From Porphyridium purpureum (Eukaryota): 64,000 nt of DNA. The stretch's first letter is position 1. Each line of letters opens with the position of its first letter. The notes beneath the pieces are model-generated. The model saw only the letters and a list, made by a program, of their open reading frames with translations, had not been told where the DNA came from and searched no databases. A program made the translations under genes and the position numbers. Positions 1 through 9,631 of the stretch are shown here, piece by piece. Where the stretch lies: NCBI GenBank assembly GCA_008690995.1, contig VRMN01000002.1, forward strand, positions 1,922,001 to 1,986,000. The letters are read 5' to 3'.

Positions 1-35
1 ATGCGAGCGGAGCGTCGAGCCTCAACGCCTACGCC

Positions 36-518
36 CTAGACCTTCGGCGGAGCGCCCGGCACCTCTTCACCAGCTACCATGGCAAGCTCCTTCATGCTCG
101 TGGCGCCGTCGATGCTGGCTTTCATTTGCAGCAGGTAGCGTACGCGCTGCGTCCTGCGCCGGTCACGGCGAATGACAAACTTGACGTCTGTGATATCCGG
201 TCGATCTCTCTTGCGAATGTGCGCTACTTCTGTAGTTTTGGAGACCAAGTTGAACAAATGATCCAGCAGGATCTCTTCCATCATGTCGACGGCCGCTTTA
301 CTCGGCCGCACTGCGTCACCAAAGCCGTACATCATCCCGCGCAGCTCTTGCGCAAAAATCCGCGGCAGCGTCTTGCGGCCCGTTGTCCCAGACACGCAGC
401 GGCTTGCACCGTCCGTATTTTCTCCTCCAACGAGCCCTTCCATATCTTCACGTTCTGCGTTTGGTCCGGCCTCGGACCACGCTTCGTCTTCTCCGTCCGG
501 CTTCTGCCTGACGAGCAA
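36..518 (-). CDS. TAF13: TFIID subunit 13 (TFIID-18kDa histone-fold)
   Basis: Motif FAQELRGMMYGFGD...VDMMEEI...DVKFVIRRD..RVRYLL typical of TAF13. The ORF-track start is non-ATG; first in-frame ATG (MEGLVGG) is at 443. Confidence 0.85.
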   Translation of the reverse strand: MLVRQKPDGEDEAWSEAGPNAEREDMEGLVGGENTDGASRCVSGTTGRKTLPRIFAQELRGMMYGFGDAVRPSKAAVDMMEEILLDHLFNLVSKTTEVAHIRKRDRPDITDVKFVIRRDRRRTQRVRYLLQMKASIDGATSMKELAMVAGEEVPGAPPKV

Positions 519-1487
519 GCCGTTTCGTTGCTTTATGATAAAGTCAGGTTATTTTATAAGAAAACCTTGTTTAGGGTGGGCGCACAAGTCTGGAGAATGT
601 GTTCCGAGCACACTCACACTCTAGCAAGGTCCCTGGACTCGAGCATCTCCATGCCCAGGTCCAGCCTCACAATGCATGGGCGCCCGGAAAGATAACCTTG
701 GTTCTCAGCCCCGTGCGCATGCGGACATTGCTCTTACTGCTGTCTGATACGTGCCTCGTCTCAGCCGGTGGTTGTGCCTGCTTTTGCTGCAGGGCGAGTT
801 ACTCGCGCTGGTGCGGCACGCCCAGATCGTACTGTTTTTGTGAGCGCGCGCCGGCCGTCCGCCGCTCCACCAGCCGGGCAGCGAGGTTTCACTCGCGGAC
901 TTATGCGCCGTCATGTCATGCCTCATGCGTGCCTTGGCGCTGTAGCCACGAGCAGAGGCCGGGACTTGTAGCAGGTGGTGGCGCTGATGCCGTTTGCTCA
1001 ATGACTTCCGCGGCCCTTTGTATCTCCAGCTAGTTCGACTCGATTGCTGCGAGCCGCTCAAAGTCCAACAATTCAATATCCAATTCCCCAGAGCGCCAGA
1101 TTGAGACACCTGTATTTTATTCTGCCGCGTGGCACATTGTGTATCCTTCGATCCTGGCACGTGTGCACCAGCTGTTACTGGAACTCTTCGCGGTAAGAAC
1201 CGTCAGGATACCGCATATGGATAGGCGACCGGACAAACGCTCAGATGGACAGACAACGATGGCACGATGTGTGTCCTTTCGAAACCGCTCGAGTACTGTG
1301 AGGATGTACAGTTGCGATAGTAAGCTATGGAGATCGAGATATGTGTGGTGCGCTGGATGACCGAGTGCGCGTGACGTGTGCGATATAGAAGAAGGCAAGA
1401 CTGGAAGCGACAAAGGCAGTAAGAGAGGAAAGAGGAAGAGTAGGGGTGTGTTGGGGGAGGAGTGGAGCAGGAACGCGAGGCGAGAAG

Positions 1488-4400
1488 ATGAGGTTCTTCG
1501 AGTATGGAACTGTGGCAGTTGCAGCAGGAGCTGGCGGCTTGACGAAGGAGGCTGCCTCGCGCGCGCCGGAATTGGTGGTGGCGTATGAGCAGGGTTTGGT
1601 GTGGGATGGGCGCGATGTCGGCAAGGTGTTTGTGAATGCGCAGCGGATCTGGCCGCAGGGAGGACTGGAGGACGAGCTGCCGAATGTGGAGATCCGGGTC
1701 AAGGTAGAGAGCGAGGATGAGGCGTGGATGCATTGGGGCACGCTCACCAAGTCCACGGGCGCGCAGGAGTGGCGGACACCAGCACCCTTGCTGGGCTCGG
1801 GAATCACCGTCTCGTGCCCCGCGGCAGATGTACACGAGCATGACGCGTGCGCGGCTAGGATCAAACTGCAAAACGCGCAGGAAATGCTGCTCGTCGTGCA
1901 GGGCGCCGCCACAGAAGACGTCGTGGCAGTGCTGTTCTGCATCTTTCTGAAAAAGAGCGACGGACACGAACGCTGGTTCTCCGGGCCAGGTGGAAACGAC
2001 CACAAGATACATACGGGCGATCCAAAGGTGGCTGACGCAGCCGCTGGCGGTGACACAGCCACGCGCATCCTCGAAGGCGAGGCCGGCGAAAGCTGGAGCA
2101 TGCCGTCGCGATTTGGGCTCATCATCGATCTGTGCGGCGGACCGGCGGCCTCGTCGCTAAATGATATGGCGTGGGTCTTTGTCGTGCTGCGATACCATAA
2201 CATGCGCCAGCTTCGATGGTACTCCAAGCACAACTATCAGTCCAAGGATATGGGCCACCTCCTAGATACCTTGTCAAAGCGCGTTACGCAGGTCGCAGCT
2301 CATACTGGGCAGCATCCGCGCACAAAGTACCTCGCGCGCGTCGCCATGAGCTACCTGTCTCGCGGGGGTGGCCAGGCAGAGGCGATTCGTATCGAGATTT
2401 TACACATTATGCGTCGGAACGGCATTAAGGAGGGGCATAGGCCCGGCATTGACGACAAGTTCATCGAGCAGTGGCACCAGAAATTGCACCAACATACCAC
2501 GCGCGACGACATTCACATTTGCAAGGCATACCTTGCATTTCTGCACTCGGGCAACATGGGCGACTTTTGGCACACACTATGGGTCAAAGGAAAACTGACG
2601 CGTGAGGATTTGGCTAGCTGGCCAAATAAGATCACGCATGAGCCGTTCCACTTGCCACAGCTCATCAATGATATGAAGCACTACCTGTGGATTTTACAGA
2701 CTGTTCACGGCGGCGCTGACTTGGGCTTTGCAACCGAGTCGGCGAAATGGGCGCTTGATGGCGAAACCCAAGGTATGTTGTACGACATCATGGCCAATTA
2801 TGACGAGTGGTGGGTGCCTGGGAAGATTGCAGATGTGAGGTTCCGGATCTGCGACGGCCCATTGAAGCATTGCCCGAACGCAGAGCGCGACATCTTACTC
2901 CTTGACGCCGCGCTTGTCGCCGCATTCAAGCACACAACCGAGCGTACAAACTTTAGCGAGCTGCCAAGGGACCCGTTGATCGATATTGCTGACATGGTTC
3001 TGCGTCAGTCTGCGCTGTGCTGGATCGACTCCAGCAGCCCAGAAAGTCTCGGGCGGGAGCTGTGGATAGCGGCAAACGAATGGAGCCAGCTGGTGAAAAA
3101 TAGCGGCGACCGGTCGTCGCCGCGCTGGGCGCTCAAGGCGCTGGCACTTGCCGACAAGATTTCACTGCTGCTAGCAAAGGACGCGTCGGAATTGGACACC
3201 CTTTTCCGCGACAAGACGGTTCAGCTTGCTAAAGTGTCTGGCATCCCGGACAGTTACGTACTCAACTTTACCGAGGAAGTCGTGCGCGCGCAGCCGAGCT
3301 TTGTGCTCTCTTCAATTCTGCGATATCTCACGCCCGTGCTTCGAGACACTGCCGGCGTGGGTCCGTGGAATGTGGTGAGTATGGGCGACAATGCTGGCCG
3401 CACCAGCAGCGCCTGTGCATTGAAAATGGTCTCGGATCTCGCCAACATTCAGGGCGAAGACTTTTCCAAAGCCCCCGTGATTGTCATTGCTGACGGGGTG
3501 GACGGGAATTGTGATATCCCGCTGGGCGTCGAGGCGATCGTGTCAGGTGGCTCGGTTGATATTTTATCCCATGTTGCGATCCGCGCGCGCAATCAGGGCG
3601 TCGTTCTCGTGTGTTGCGACGGAGATACGCTGCACAAGCTACGTGATCCGTTGCTGGAGGCGTCGTCGAGTGGCAATGGTGCGCTCTTTTCCGTTTCGGT
3701 CAATTCAGCCAGCTCGGAAGTTCAGATTTCGGGAGCGACTGCCGGAATTGCGGCTGGAAATGGACCTGGTGCCGATTCTTCGTCTCATGCGAAAGCGTCG
3801 GGCGCAGAGAAAGTATCGATTGCAAAGCCCCTTGCGCTGGATAAGGCGCTCCAGGAGGAACCTCTTTTGGAGCTGGGATCCATGGTGGCTGGGCTGGTCG
3901 GTGGAAAATCATTCTCGCTTCAAGAGATTCGTTCGAAGCTCCCAGACTGGTTGCAAGTCCCCAAATCGTACGCTCTGCCCTTTGGCACGGCCGAGCTGAA
4001 TGCCAAGCTTCTCGGGGTCAAGCAGGTGGTGCTCCCGAATGGAGAGAAGGTGACGGAGGAAGCGCTTCAGCAGGTGCGTGATGAGCTTGAGGCAGATCCG
4101 ACAAACATGTCGGCGCCTGTGAATGTGGCTCTCGCAAAAGTTGCAGCTCAGTTGGTTCCAGAAGACTTGGTTGCGTCGTTACCAGGCGGCATGGCGGCGG
4201 CCGTCGAGACCTTGTATCGAGGGGTGCTTGCCGTTTGGGCGTCAAAGTACACATACCGTGCCACACTTTCACGCCGTGCTCAAAAAATTGCGGACGCGGA
4301 TCTTTACATGGCTGTGCTTCTGCAGCCCGTGGTCAGCGACGTGGCCTACGCTTTTGTGCTCCACACGAAAGATCCGTTGAGTGGAGATGCTGACACTGTG

Positions 4401-4832
4401 TTTGGAGAAGTCGTGGTTGGTATGGGAGAGACGCTCGTGGGGAGCTACCCTGGACGTGCGCTGGCGTTCTCGGCCAGCAAAAGCGGAGGCGGCGTGAAGA
4501 TTCTTTCCTACCCGTCCAAGTTGATCGGATATTTTGCCACGCCTGGCACACTGATGGCTCGCTCAGACAGCAATGGCGAGGACTTGGAGAAGTTTGCAGG
4601 TGCTGGGTTGTACGACTCTGTGGGTGTCGGCTGTATAAAGTCCTGCGCAGTCGATTATGCTCAGAATCGTCTGTTTACGGACGACGCGTTCGTGGATGAG
4701 CTAGTGAGCAAGCTATTGCGGTGTGGTGTCGACGTGGAGAAGGCGATGGGTGGCCAAGTACCACAAGATATCGAAGGATGTGTTGACAGCGCGGGAAACG
4801 TGACGGTTGTACAAACGCGTCCTCAAGTTTAA
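1488..4832 (+). CDS. GWD: Alpha-glucan water dikinase, apparently cytosolic
   Basis: QWHQKLHQHTT.DDI.IC.AYL; phospho-His motif ILSHVAIRARN; C-terminal GETLVG.YPGRA, RSDSNGEDLE.FAGAGLYDS, QDIEG..VQTRPQV. ATG at 1488 after a purine-rich leader; no transit peptide. Confidence 0.93.
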   Translation: MRFFEYGTVAVAAGAGGLTKEAASRAPELVVAYEQGLVWDGRDVGKVFVNAQRIWPQGGLEDELPNVEIRVKVESEDEAWMHWGTLTKSTGAQEWRTPAPLLGSGITVSCPAADVHEHDACAARIKLQNAQEMLLVVQGAATEDVVAVLFCIFLKKSDGHERWFSGPGGNDHKIHTGDPKVADAAAGGDTATRILEGEAGESWSMPSRFGLIIDLCGGPAASSLNDMAWVFVVLRYHNMRQLRWYSKHNYQSKDMGHLLDTLSKRVTQVAAHTGQHPRTKYLARVAMSYLSRGGGQAEAIRIEILHIMRRNGIKEGHRPGIDDKFIEQWHQKLHQHTTRDDIHICKAYLAFLHSGNMGDFWHTLWVKGKLTREDLASWPNKITHEPFHLPQLINDMKHYLWILQTVHGGADLGFATESAKWALDGETQGMLYDIMANYDEWWVPGKIADVRFRICDGPLKHCPNAERDILLLDAALVAAFKHTTERTNFSELPRDPLIDIADMVLRQSALCWIDSSSPESLGRELWIAANEWSQLVKNSGDRSSPRWALKALALADKISLLLAKDASELDTLFRDKTVQLAKVSGIPDSYVLNFTEEVVRAQPSFVLSSILRYLTPVLRDTAGVGPWNVVSMGDNAGRTSSACALKMVSDLANIQGEDFSKAPVIVIADGVDGNCDIPLGVEAIVSGGSVDILSHVAIRARNQGVVLVCCDGDTLHKLRDPLLEASSSGNGALFSVSVNSASSEVQISGATAGIAAGNGPGADSSSHAKASGAEKVSIAKPLALDKALQEEPLLELGSMVAGLVGGKSFSLQEIRSKLPDWLQVPKSYALPFGTAELNAKLLGVKQVVLPNGEKVTEEALQQVRDELEADPTNMSAPVNVALAKVAAQLVPEDLVASLPGGMAAAVETLYRGVLAVWASKYTYRATLSRRAQKIADADLYMAVLLQPVVSDVAYAFVLHTKDPLSGDADTVFGEVVVGMGETLVGSYPGRALAFSASKSGGGVKILSYPSKLIGYFATPGTLMARSDSNGEDLEKFAGAGLYDSVGVGCIKSCAVDYAQNRLFTDDAFVDELVSKLLRCGVDVEKAMGGQVPQDIEGCVDSAGNVTVVQTRPQV

Positions 4833-5079
4833 GGAGATACAAAATGTATGTAATTTGATTATCAGACGTTTCAATACAGGTTATGTACACGATCCTTAAT
4901 TGCTACTTGCCAAAACTATCCCCGATGCGCATGACAAGGCAATCCCCCACCAATTCAGAAGATGTTGCGATTTGGCACGCCTCGTGAGATGGCGCCAGCG
5001 AGGTTACAACGCAGCCAAGATCTCGACGCCAGACGTGATCCAGCGCGTGAGCAGCAAGGCTGGCCTGCGTGCAAGTGTG

Positions 5080-5087
5080 CATATAAG
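5080..5087 (+). promoter_or_regulatory. TATA-like element (CATATAAG) upstream of the coiled-coil gene
   Basis: Lies ~125 nt upstream of ATG 5209 and is followed by an AG-rich leader like other genes in the window. Confidence 0.4.
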
Positions 5088-5208
5088 CGCGAAGGGCGGG
5101 CGCGGTGGCGGTCTGTGTCTAATCTGCCTCGTCCAGAAGTCCAAGCGTGAGCGGCAGGAGCACAGGAAGGGGAGGAGGCAGCAGGTAGGAACGAAGAGAA
5201 GATTGGCC

Positions 5209-5853
5209 ATGGCGGACACGGGCAAGACCGAGTACACGGTGGCGCGTGCGCTCGTGCAGATGAAGATGATTGGAAAGCGCGTCGAGAAGCAGGTCCAGGA
5301 GTTTGAGCCCGTGTGTATTCAGACCGGCGCCAAGCTGGAGCAGTCGATGCAGAACAAGAGCCTGGAGCAGTTCCAGAAGGAGACCAAGGCCGACTGGCAG
5401 TCGCTGATGGACCTGTTGGAGCTGAAGCGCAAGCTCAAGTGCGCAGTGGTGCTCTCGAACGCGACCACGTCGGTTGAGGTGGCCGGCACCACGTACACGG
5501 TAGCCGAGGTGATTGAGCGCAAGGCGCAGATCGAGCTGGAGCGCGAGATGGTGCGCAATCTGCGCGAGAAGTACGCACGCAAGCTGCGACAGGTCGAGAG
5601 CAAGAACACGGAGATGGAGGCCAAGATGATGAAGCTGCTAGAGGCGACGTACGCGAAGCGCGAGTCGCAGCTGAACAAAGAGGACTATGAGCGCATCACT
5701 GGACCTTTCCTGGAGAACAACGAGTCCAAGCTGATTGATCCCATCAGCATCGATGCGAAGCTGCAAGAGTTCGAGAAGCGCATCGAGGAGTTTGAGGCCG
5801 AGTGCGACGTGACGCTGAGCATTTCGAACGCGCGCGCGATCATCTACGTGTAA
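5209..5853 (+). CDS. 214-aa coiled-coil protein, DIP1984/DUF6847-like (prokaryote/phage-type), function unknown
   Basis: ATG in GCCATGG context; very strong G/C-ending codon use. Motifs YTVARAL..K, VVLSNATTSVEVAGTTYTVAEVIERK, LIDPI and EFEAECDVTLSISNA match the pattern I recognise for this family. Coding status is high confidence, family assignment moderate. Confidence 0.7.
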   Translation: MADTGKTEYTVARALVQMKMIGKRVEKQVQEFEPVCIQTGAKLEQSMQNKSLEQFQKETKADWQSLMDLLELKRKLKCAVVLSNATTSVEVAGTTYTVAEVIERKAQIELEREMVRNLREKYARKLRQVESKNTEMEAKMMKLLEATYAKRESQLNKEDYERITGPFLENNESKLIDPISIDAKLQEFEKRIEEFEAECDVTLSISNARAIIYV

Positions 5854-5856
5854 ATG

Positions 5857-6143
5857 GTGGTTGTCAGCACGACAAGACGACCGGCGACACTACGTATCAC
5901 GGACAGATGGCACGCACTCACATAACAGTTCTTTCTGACTGCGGAGAGACGCAACATGTAAAGCAGACCTTTTTTTTTCTGTCTCGTCATCGTCCGGCTG
6001 TGATCTTGAAGCGCCCCCGCTTCTTCGCATTTATCCGCTTAGCTCTCACTCTGGAGCGAATGAAACCATGCTTGAGCAGCGCATGGTGCAATATGGGCTT
6101 TAGGGATGGCTATCCATTCTGCTTTTCGTCTTGGTCAGACCAC
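5857..6143 (+). ncRNA. Candidate structured RNA (~290 nt) starting right after the stop codon (3' UTR element or ncRNA)
   Basis: Closing helix 5857-5862/6138-6143 plus 5871-5880/6126-6136; long helix 5896-5911/5986-6004; hairpins 6008-6023, 6065-6087 and 6103-6120. Folded by eye. Confidence 0.5.
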
Positions 6144-6510
6144 ACACCCAGACCCAACTCACAACCTGCGCGCGGTGGCTGCACGAGCAAGGGCCGCGAA
6201 GGAGCGCATGAGGAGGTACAGTAATAGATGTACAGTGACGTACACCTGGACATGCGCAGTTGTGTACACTTACGCTAGGGATCGATCGCATCCTTATGCG
6301 AATCAAAACGGCGCGCGGCGCGGGGCGCGACGAGGAGAGGAGGGCGAGCGGTTTGGTGTCGTGCCGGCTCGTGGGGAGGAAGAGTGACGAGCGCGGCGGC
6401 TGGTGGTTGAGTGATCGCGGGTGTGGGTGGGTTGGTTGGTTGGTGTGGCGGACGGACGAGCAGGCTTTGGAGATATCGTTGGGTGCTGATCCTCAGCGCA
6501 ACACGTCACG

Positions 6511-8136
6511 ATGAGCAACGCACCGATTGTGGTGCTGAACCCAAATGCAAAGCGCGAGCAGGGGCGCCGCGCGCAGCTGACGAATATTGCGGCGGCCAAG
6601 GCGGTGGGCGATATTATCAGGACGACGCTGGGCCCGCGCGCAATGCTCAAGATGATTCTGGACGCGCAGGGATCGGTCGTACTCACAAATGATGGAAATG
6701 CGATCCTGCGTGAAATCGACGTGCAGCATCCGGCGGCCAAATCGATCATCGAGCTGTCCAAGACGCAGGACGAGGGCGTGGGCGACGGTACTACGTCGGT
6801 CGCCGTGCTGGCGGGCGAGCTGCTCGCCCTCGCGGAGCCGTTCCTGGAACGAAATATTCACCCGACCGTCATCGTGGGCGCGTACTTTCGCGCGCTGGAT
6901 GACGCCGTCAACGCGGCGGAAAGCGCCGCGCTCGTGATCGATCAGGACAACGCCGAAGAGGTCGGCAAGGTGATCGCCTCGTGCCTAGGCACAAAGTTCA
7001 TGAACCGGTGGGCCAAACTCATGGTGCACCTTGCGTTGCAGGCAGTGAAGACAGTGATGGTCAAGACAAACGACCGCATTTCGATTGACTTTAAGAACTA
7101 CGCGAAGGTTGAAAAGATTCCCGGTGGTGAGATCTCGGACTCTGAGGTGCTTGACGGCGTGATCATCAACAAGGACGTGTGCCTGGGCAACATGAAGCGC
7201 AAGATTGAGAACCCGCGCATCATCCTGCTCGACTCGCCGCTTGAATATCGCAAGGGCGACAGCCAGACCAATGTGGAAATTACCAGCGAGGCAGACTGGG
7301 GTCGATTGCTCAGGCTAGAGGAAGAGTTTGTGGAAAAGGCAGTCGCGGATCTGCTCAAGCACAAGCCAGATCTGGTCATCACCGAGAAGGGCATCTCAGA
7401 CCTCGCGCTCCATCTCCTCCAAAAGGCCGGCGTGGCGTGCATCAGGCGACTGCGCAAGACAGACAATAATCGCATTGCGCGCGCAACCGGCGCAGTGATT
7501 GTGAATCGCCCGGAGGAGCTCAAAGAGAGCGATGTCGGCAGCGCAGGTCTCTTCGAGGTACGAAAGATTGGCGACGAGTACTTTACGTACATTGTGCAGT
7601 GTGCGGCGCCCAAAGCGTGCTCGATTGTGCTGCGCGGCGGCAGCAAGGACGTGCTGAACGAGATTGAGCGCAACCTCATGGATGCCATGTGTGTAGCGCG
7701 CAACGTTATGCTGAACCCAAAACTGGTGCCCGGCGGCGGCGCGATTGAAATGACCGTCAGTCAGGTATTGGCCGCAAAAGCCAAGACGATTCAGGGCACC
7801 AGCCAAGCGCCCTATGCCGCGGTTGGCGAAGCGCTCGAGGTGATTCCGCGCACGCTTGCCGAAAACTGTGGTGCAAACGTGATTCGCGTGCTCACACAAT
7901 TACGCGCCAAGCACGCGGACGGTGCGAACACGAGCTGGGGCATCGACGGAAACAAGGGCGTGGTGACAGACATGGTTACGCTGGGCGTATGGGAGCCGCT
8001 GGAGGTCAAAGTGCAGACCTTGAAGACGGCCGTCGAGGCCGCTGCTATGCTTTTGCGCATCGACGACATTGTGAGCGGCATCAGCAAAAAGAAGGAGCAC
8101 GGCGGGCCCAACATGGATCAGGATGACTTGGACTAG
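6511..8136 (+). CDS. CCT3: T-complex protein 1 subunit gamma
   Basis: RTTLGPRAMLKM, TNDGNAILREI, GDGTTS, YAKVEKIPGG, RRLRKTDNNRIARA. Confidence 0.97.
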   Translation: MSNAPIVVLNPNAKREQGRRAQLTNIAAAKAVGDIIRTTLGPRAMLKMILDAQGSVVLTNDGNAILREIDVQHPAAKSIIELSKTQDEGVGDGTTSVAVLAGELLALAEPFLERNIHPTVIVGAYFRALDDAVNAAESAALVIDQDNAEEVGKVIASCLGTKFMNRWAKLMVHLALQAVKTVMVKTNDRISIDFKNYAKVEKIPGGEISDSEVLDGVIINKDVCLGNMKRKIENPRIILLDSPLEYRKGDSQTNVEITSEADWGRLLRLEEEFVEKAVADLLKHKPDLVITEKGISDLALHLLQKAGVACIRRLRKTDNNRIARATGAVIVNRPEELKESDVGSAGLFEVRKIGDEYFTYIVQCAAPKACSIVLRGGSKDVLNEIERNLMDAMCVARNVMLNPKLVPGGGAIEMTVSQVLAAKAKTIQGTSQAPYAAVGEALEVIPRTLAENCGANVIRVLTQLRAKHADGANTSWGIDGNKGVVTDMVTLGVWEPLEVKVQTLKTAVEAAAMLLRIDDIVSGISKKKEHGGPNMDQDDLD

Positions 8137-8371
8137 ATGCTGATCAGAAGCATGGATTCTCGCTCTGCAGAAGCCGGCCGGTCTGTCCTGGTGCAGGGCA
8201 GGGAAGATGAGAGAACGTGTAACGAATTAAAGAGCGCTTTACCAGATTTGCACGCCCCTACAACTTTCATGATGACGCAAGTACGGACGCGCGGACGCAG
8301 TGGTGAAGGGGCGACTATTTATTACATAGGTAAGGTTAATGGCGTGACAATCTAAAACAGCGGCGCTCTTG

Positions 8372-9139
8372 CTACCCGACTAGCAGTCCGCCGTTGAGGT
8401 CGAGGATGGATCCCGTGATAAATCCGGCGAGCGGGGACACAAGAAACTTGACGGCGTGGCTGAACTCTTCGGGTTCGCAAAAGCGGCCCACGGGTATATA
8501 CTTCAACAGCATTGAAACCATTTCTTCCGGGTAGAGCTCGACAGTGGGCGTCCGAATGTATGCCGGTGCGATCCCGTTCACCGTGACACCGTCCTTGGCA
8601 CTCTCGCGCGCCAGCGCAAACGTCATAGTGTGCACTGCGCCCTTGCTGGCGGCGTACCCAATGCCTGTCGTGACGCCGCCCGTCTTGCCCGCCAGTGAGC
8701 AGGTATTAATGATGCGACCCCACTTGCGCTCCTTCATGTACGGCAGGAGTTCCTTGCACATCAGGAACGTCGAGTCGACATTGTGCGCAAAGAGGTCATG
8801 CCAGTCCTCCAGAGAGGTTTCGGAAGACAGCGTGTTGGACAGAATACCGCAGTTGTTCACGAGGATGTACACGGGCGCAAAGTCTCGTTGGATGCGCTCG
8901 CAGGCGGTGCTGACGCTGTCCTGATTGGTGGGGTCGAAGCAGATCGGGTAGATATTTTCTCTGGTTGCCAGTGAGCCGAGCTTGGAGACAAAATCGTTGA
9001 GCGCCTCGACGGACGCGTCATGCACGACGACGCGAAACCCTTCCTCCAAGAACATGCGCACGGTGGCCTGTCCCAGCACGCCCGACGCGCCGGTGACCAT
9101 GGCCGTCTTCAGATCCGCATCGAGCTCTCTATTGATCAT
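8372..9139 (-). CDS. Classical short-chain dehydrogenase/reductase (FabG-like)
   Basis: TGASGVLG, NNCG, catalytic S and YAASK, GFITG..LDLNGG. Likely ATG at 9139. Confidence 0.9.
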   Translation of the reverse strand: MINRELDADLKTAMVTGASGVLGQATVRMFLEEGFRVVVHDASVEALNDFVSKLGSLATRENIYPICFDPTNQDSVSTACERIQRDFAPVYILVNNCGILSNTLSSETSLEDWHDLFAHNVDSTFLMCKELLPYMKERKWGRIINTCSLAGKTGGVTTGIGYAASKGAVHTMTFALARESAKDGVTVNGIAPAYIRTPTVELYPEEMVSMLLKYIPVGRFCEPEEFSHAVKFLVSPLAGFITGSILDLNGGLLVG

Positions 9140-9631
9140 CGCGCACACCCACCCGTTCCCTCCTCCTCCCCCACCTTCCCTCTCCCACCACCTCGCCGCT
9201 CTCACAACACGCCAGTCCTCTCTCTATCTCTCTCCCTCGGACCCCACACCCAACCACAACAACCCATCGCCTCTCGCCACGTTCCTATAAACGCCGCACG
9301 ATTTACTAGTAACTTCTGCCGTTCCCTTCACCGCCCTTGCCCGCGCGGCTTGTTCCTATCGCGTAAGTACAGTTAAAAATACCGCGAGGTTCTGTGGGTT
9401 GGCAATATGGTACAGTTGGCTCAACCACTCTGGACTCAGCGGCTGCTGCCGTCCATGTAAACGTGTGCGTTTGGATAGGAACTGAGTGAGCGCTTGGTCC
9501 TTGTGCGATGTACAGCTGCGGGAATCGGTTGGGTGGGAAGAAAGGGAGGAGGGAATTCCGGTGGGCATGAGAATTGAGATAGAGAGAGAGGGATAGGGAG
9601 TGAAAGGGTAGAGGTGAGGTCGTGAGGTAGG

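Noticed and set aside
4900..5208. N-terminal extensions in the ORF track (here and for many other genes)
   Set aside because: Mostly non-ATG starts running through TATA boxes and AG-rich leaders; homology and codon bias begin at the downstream ATG.
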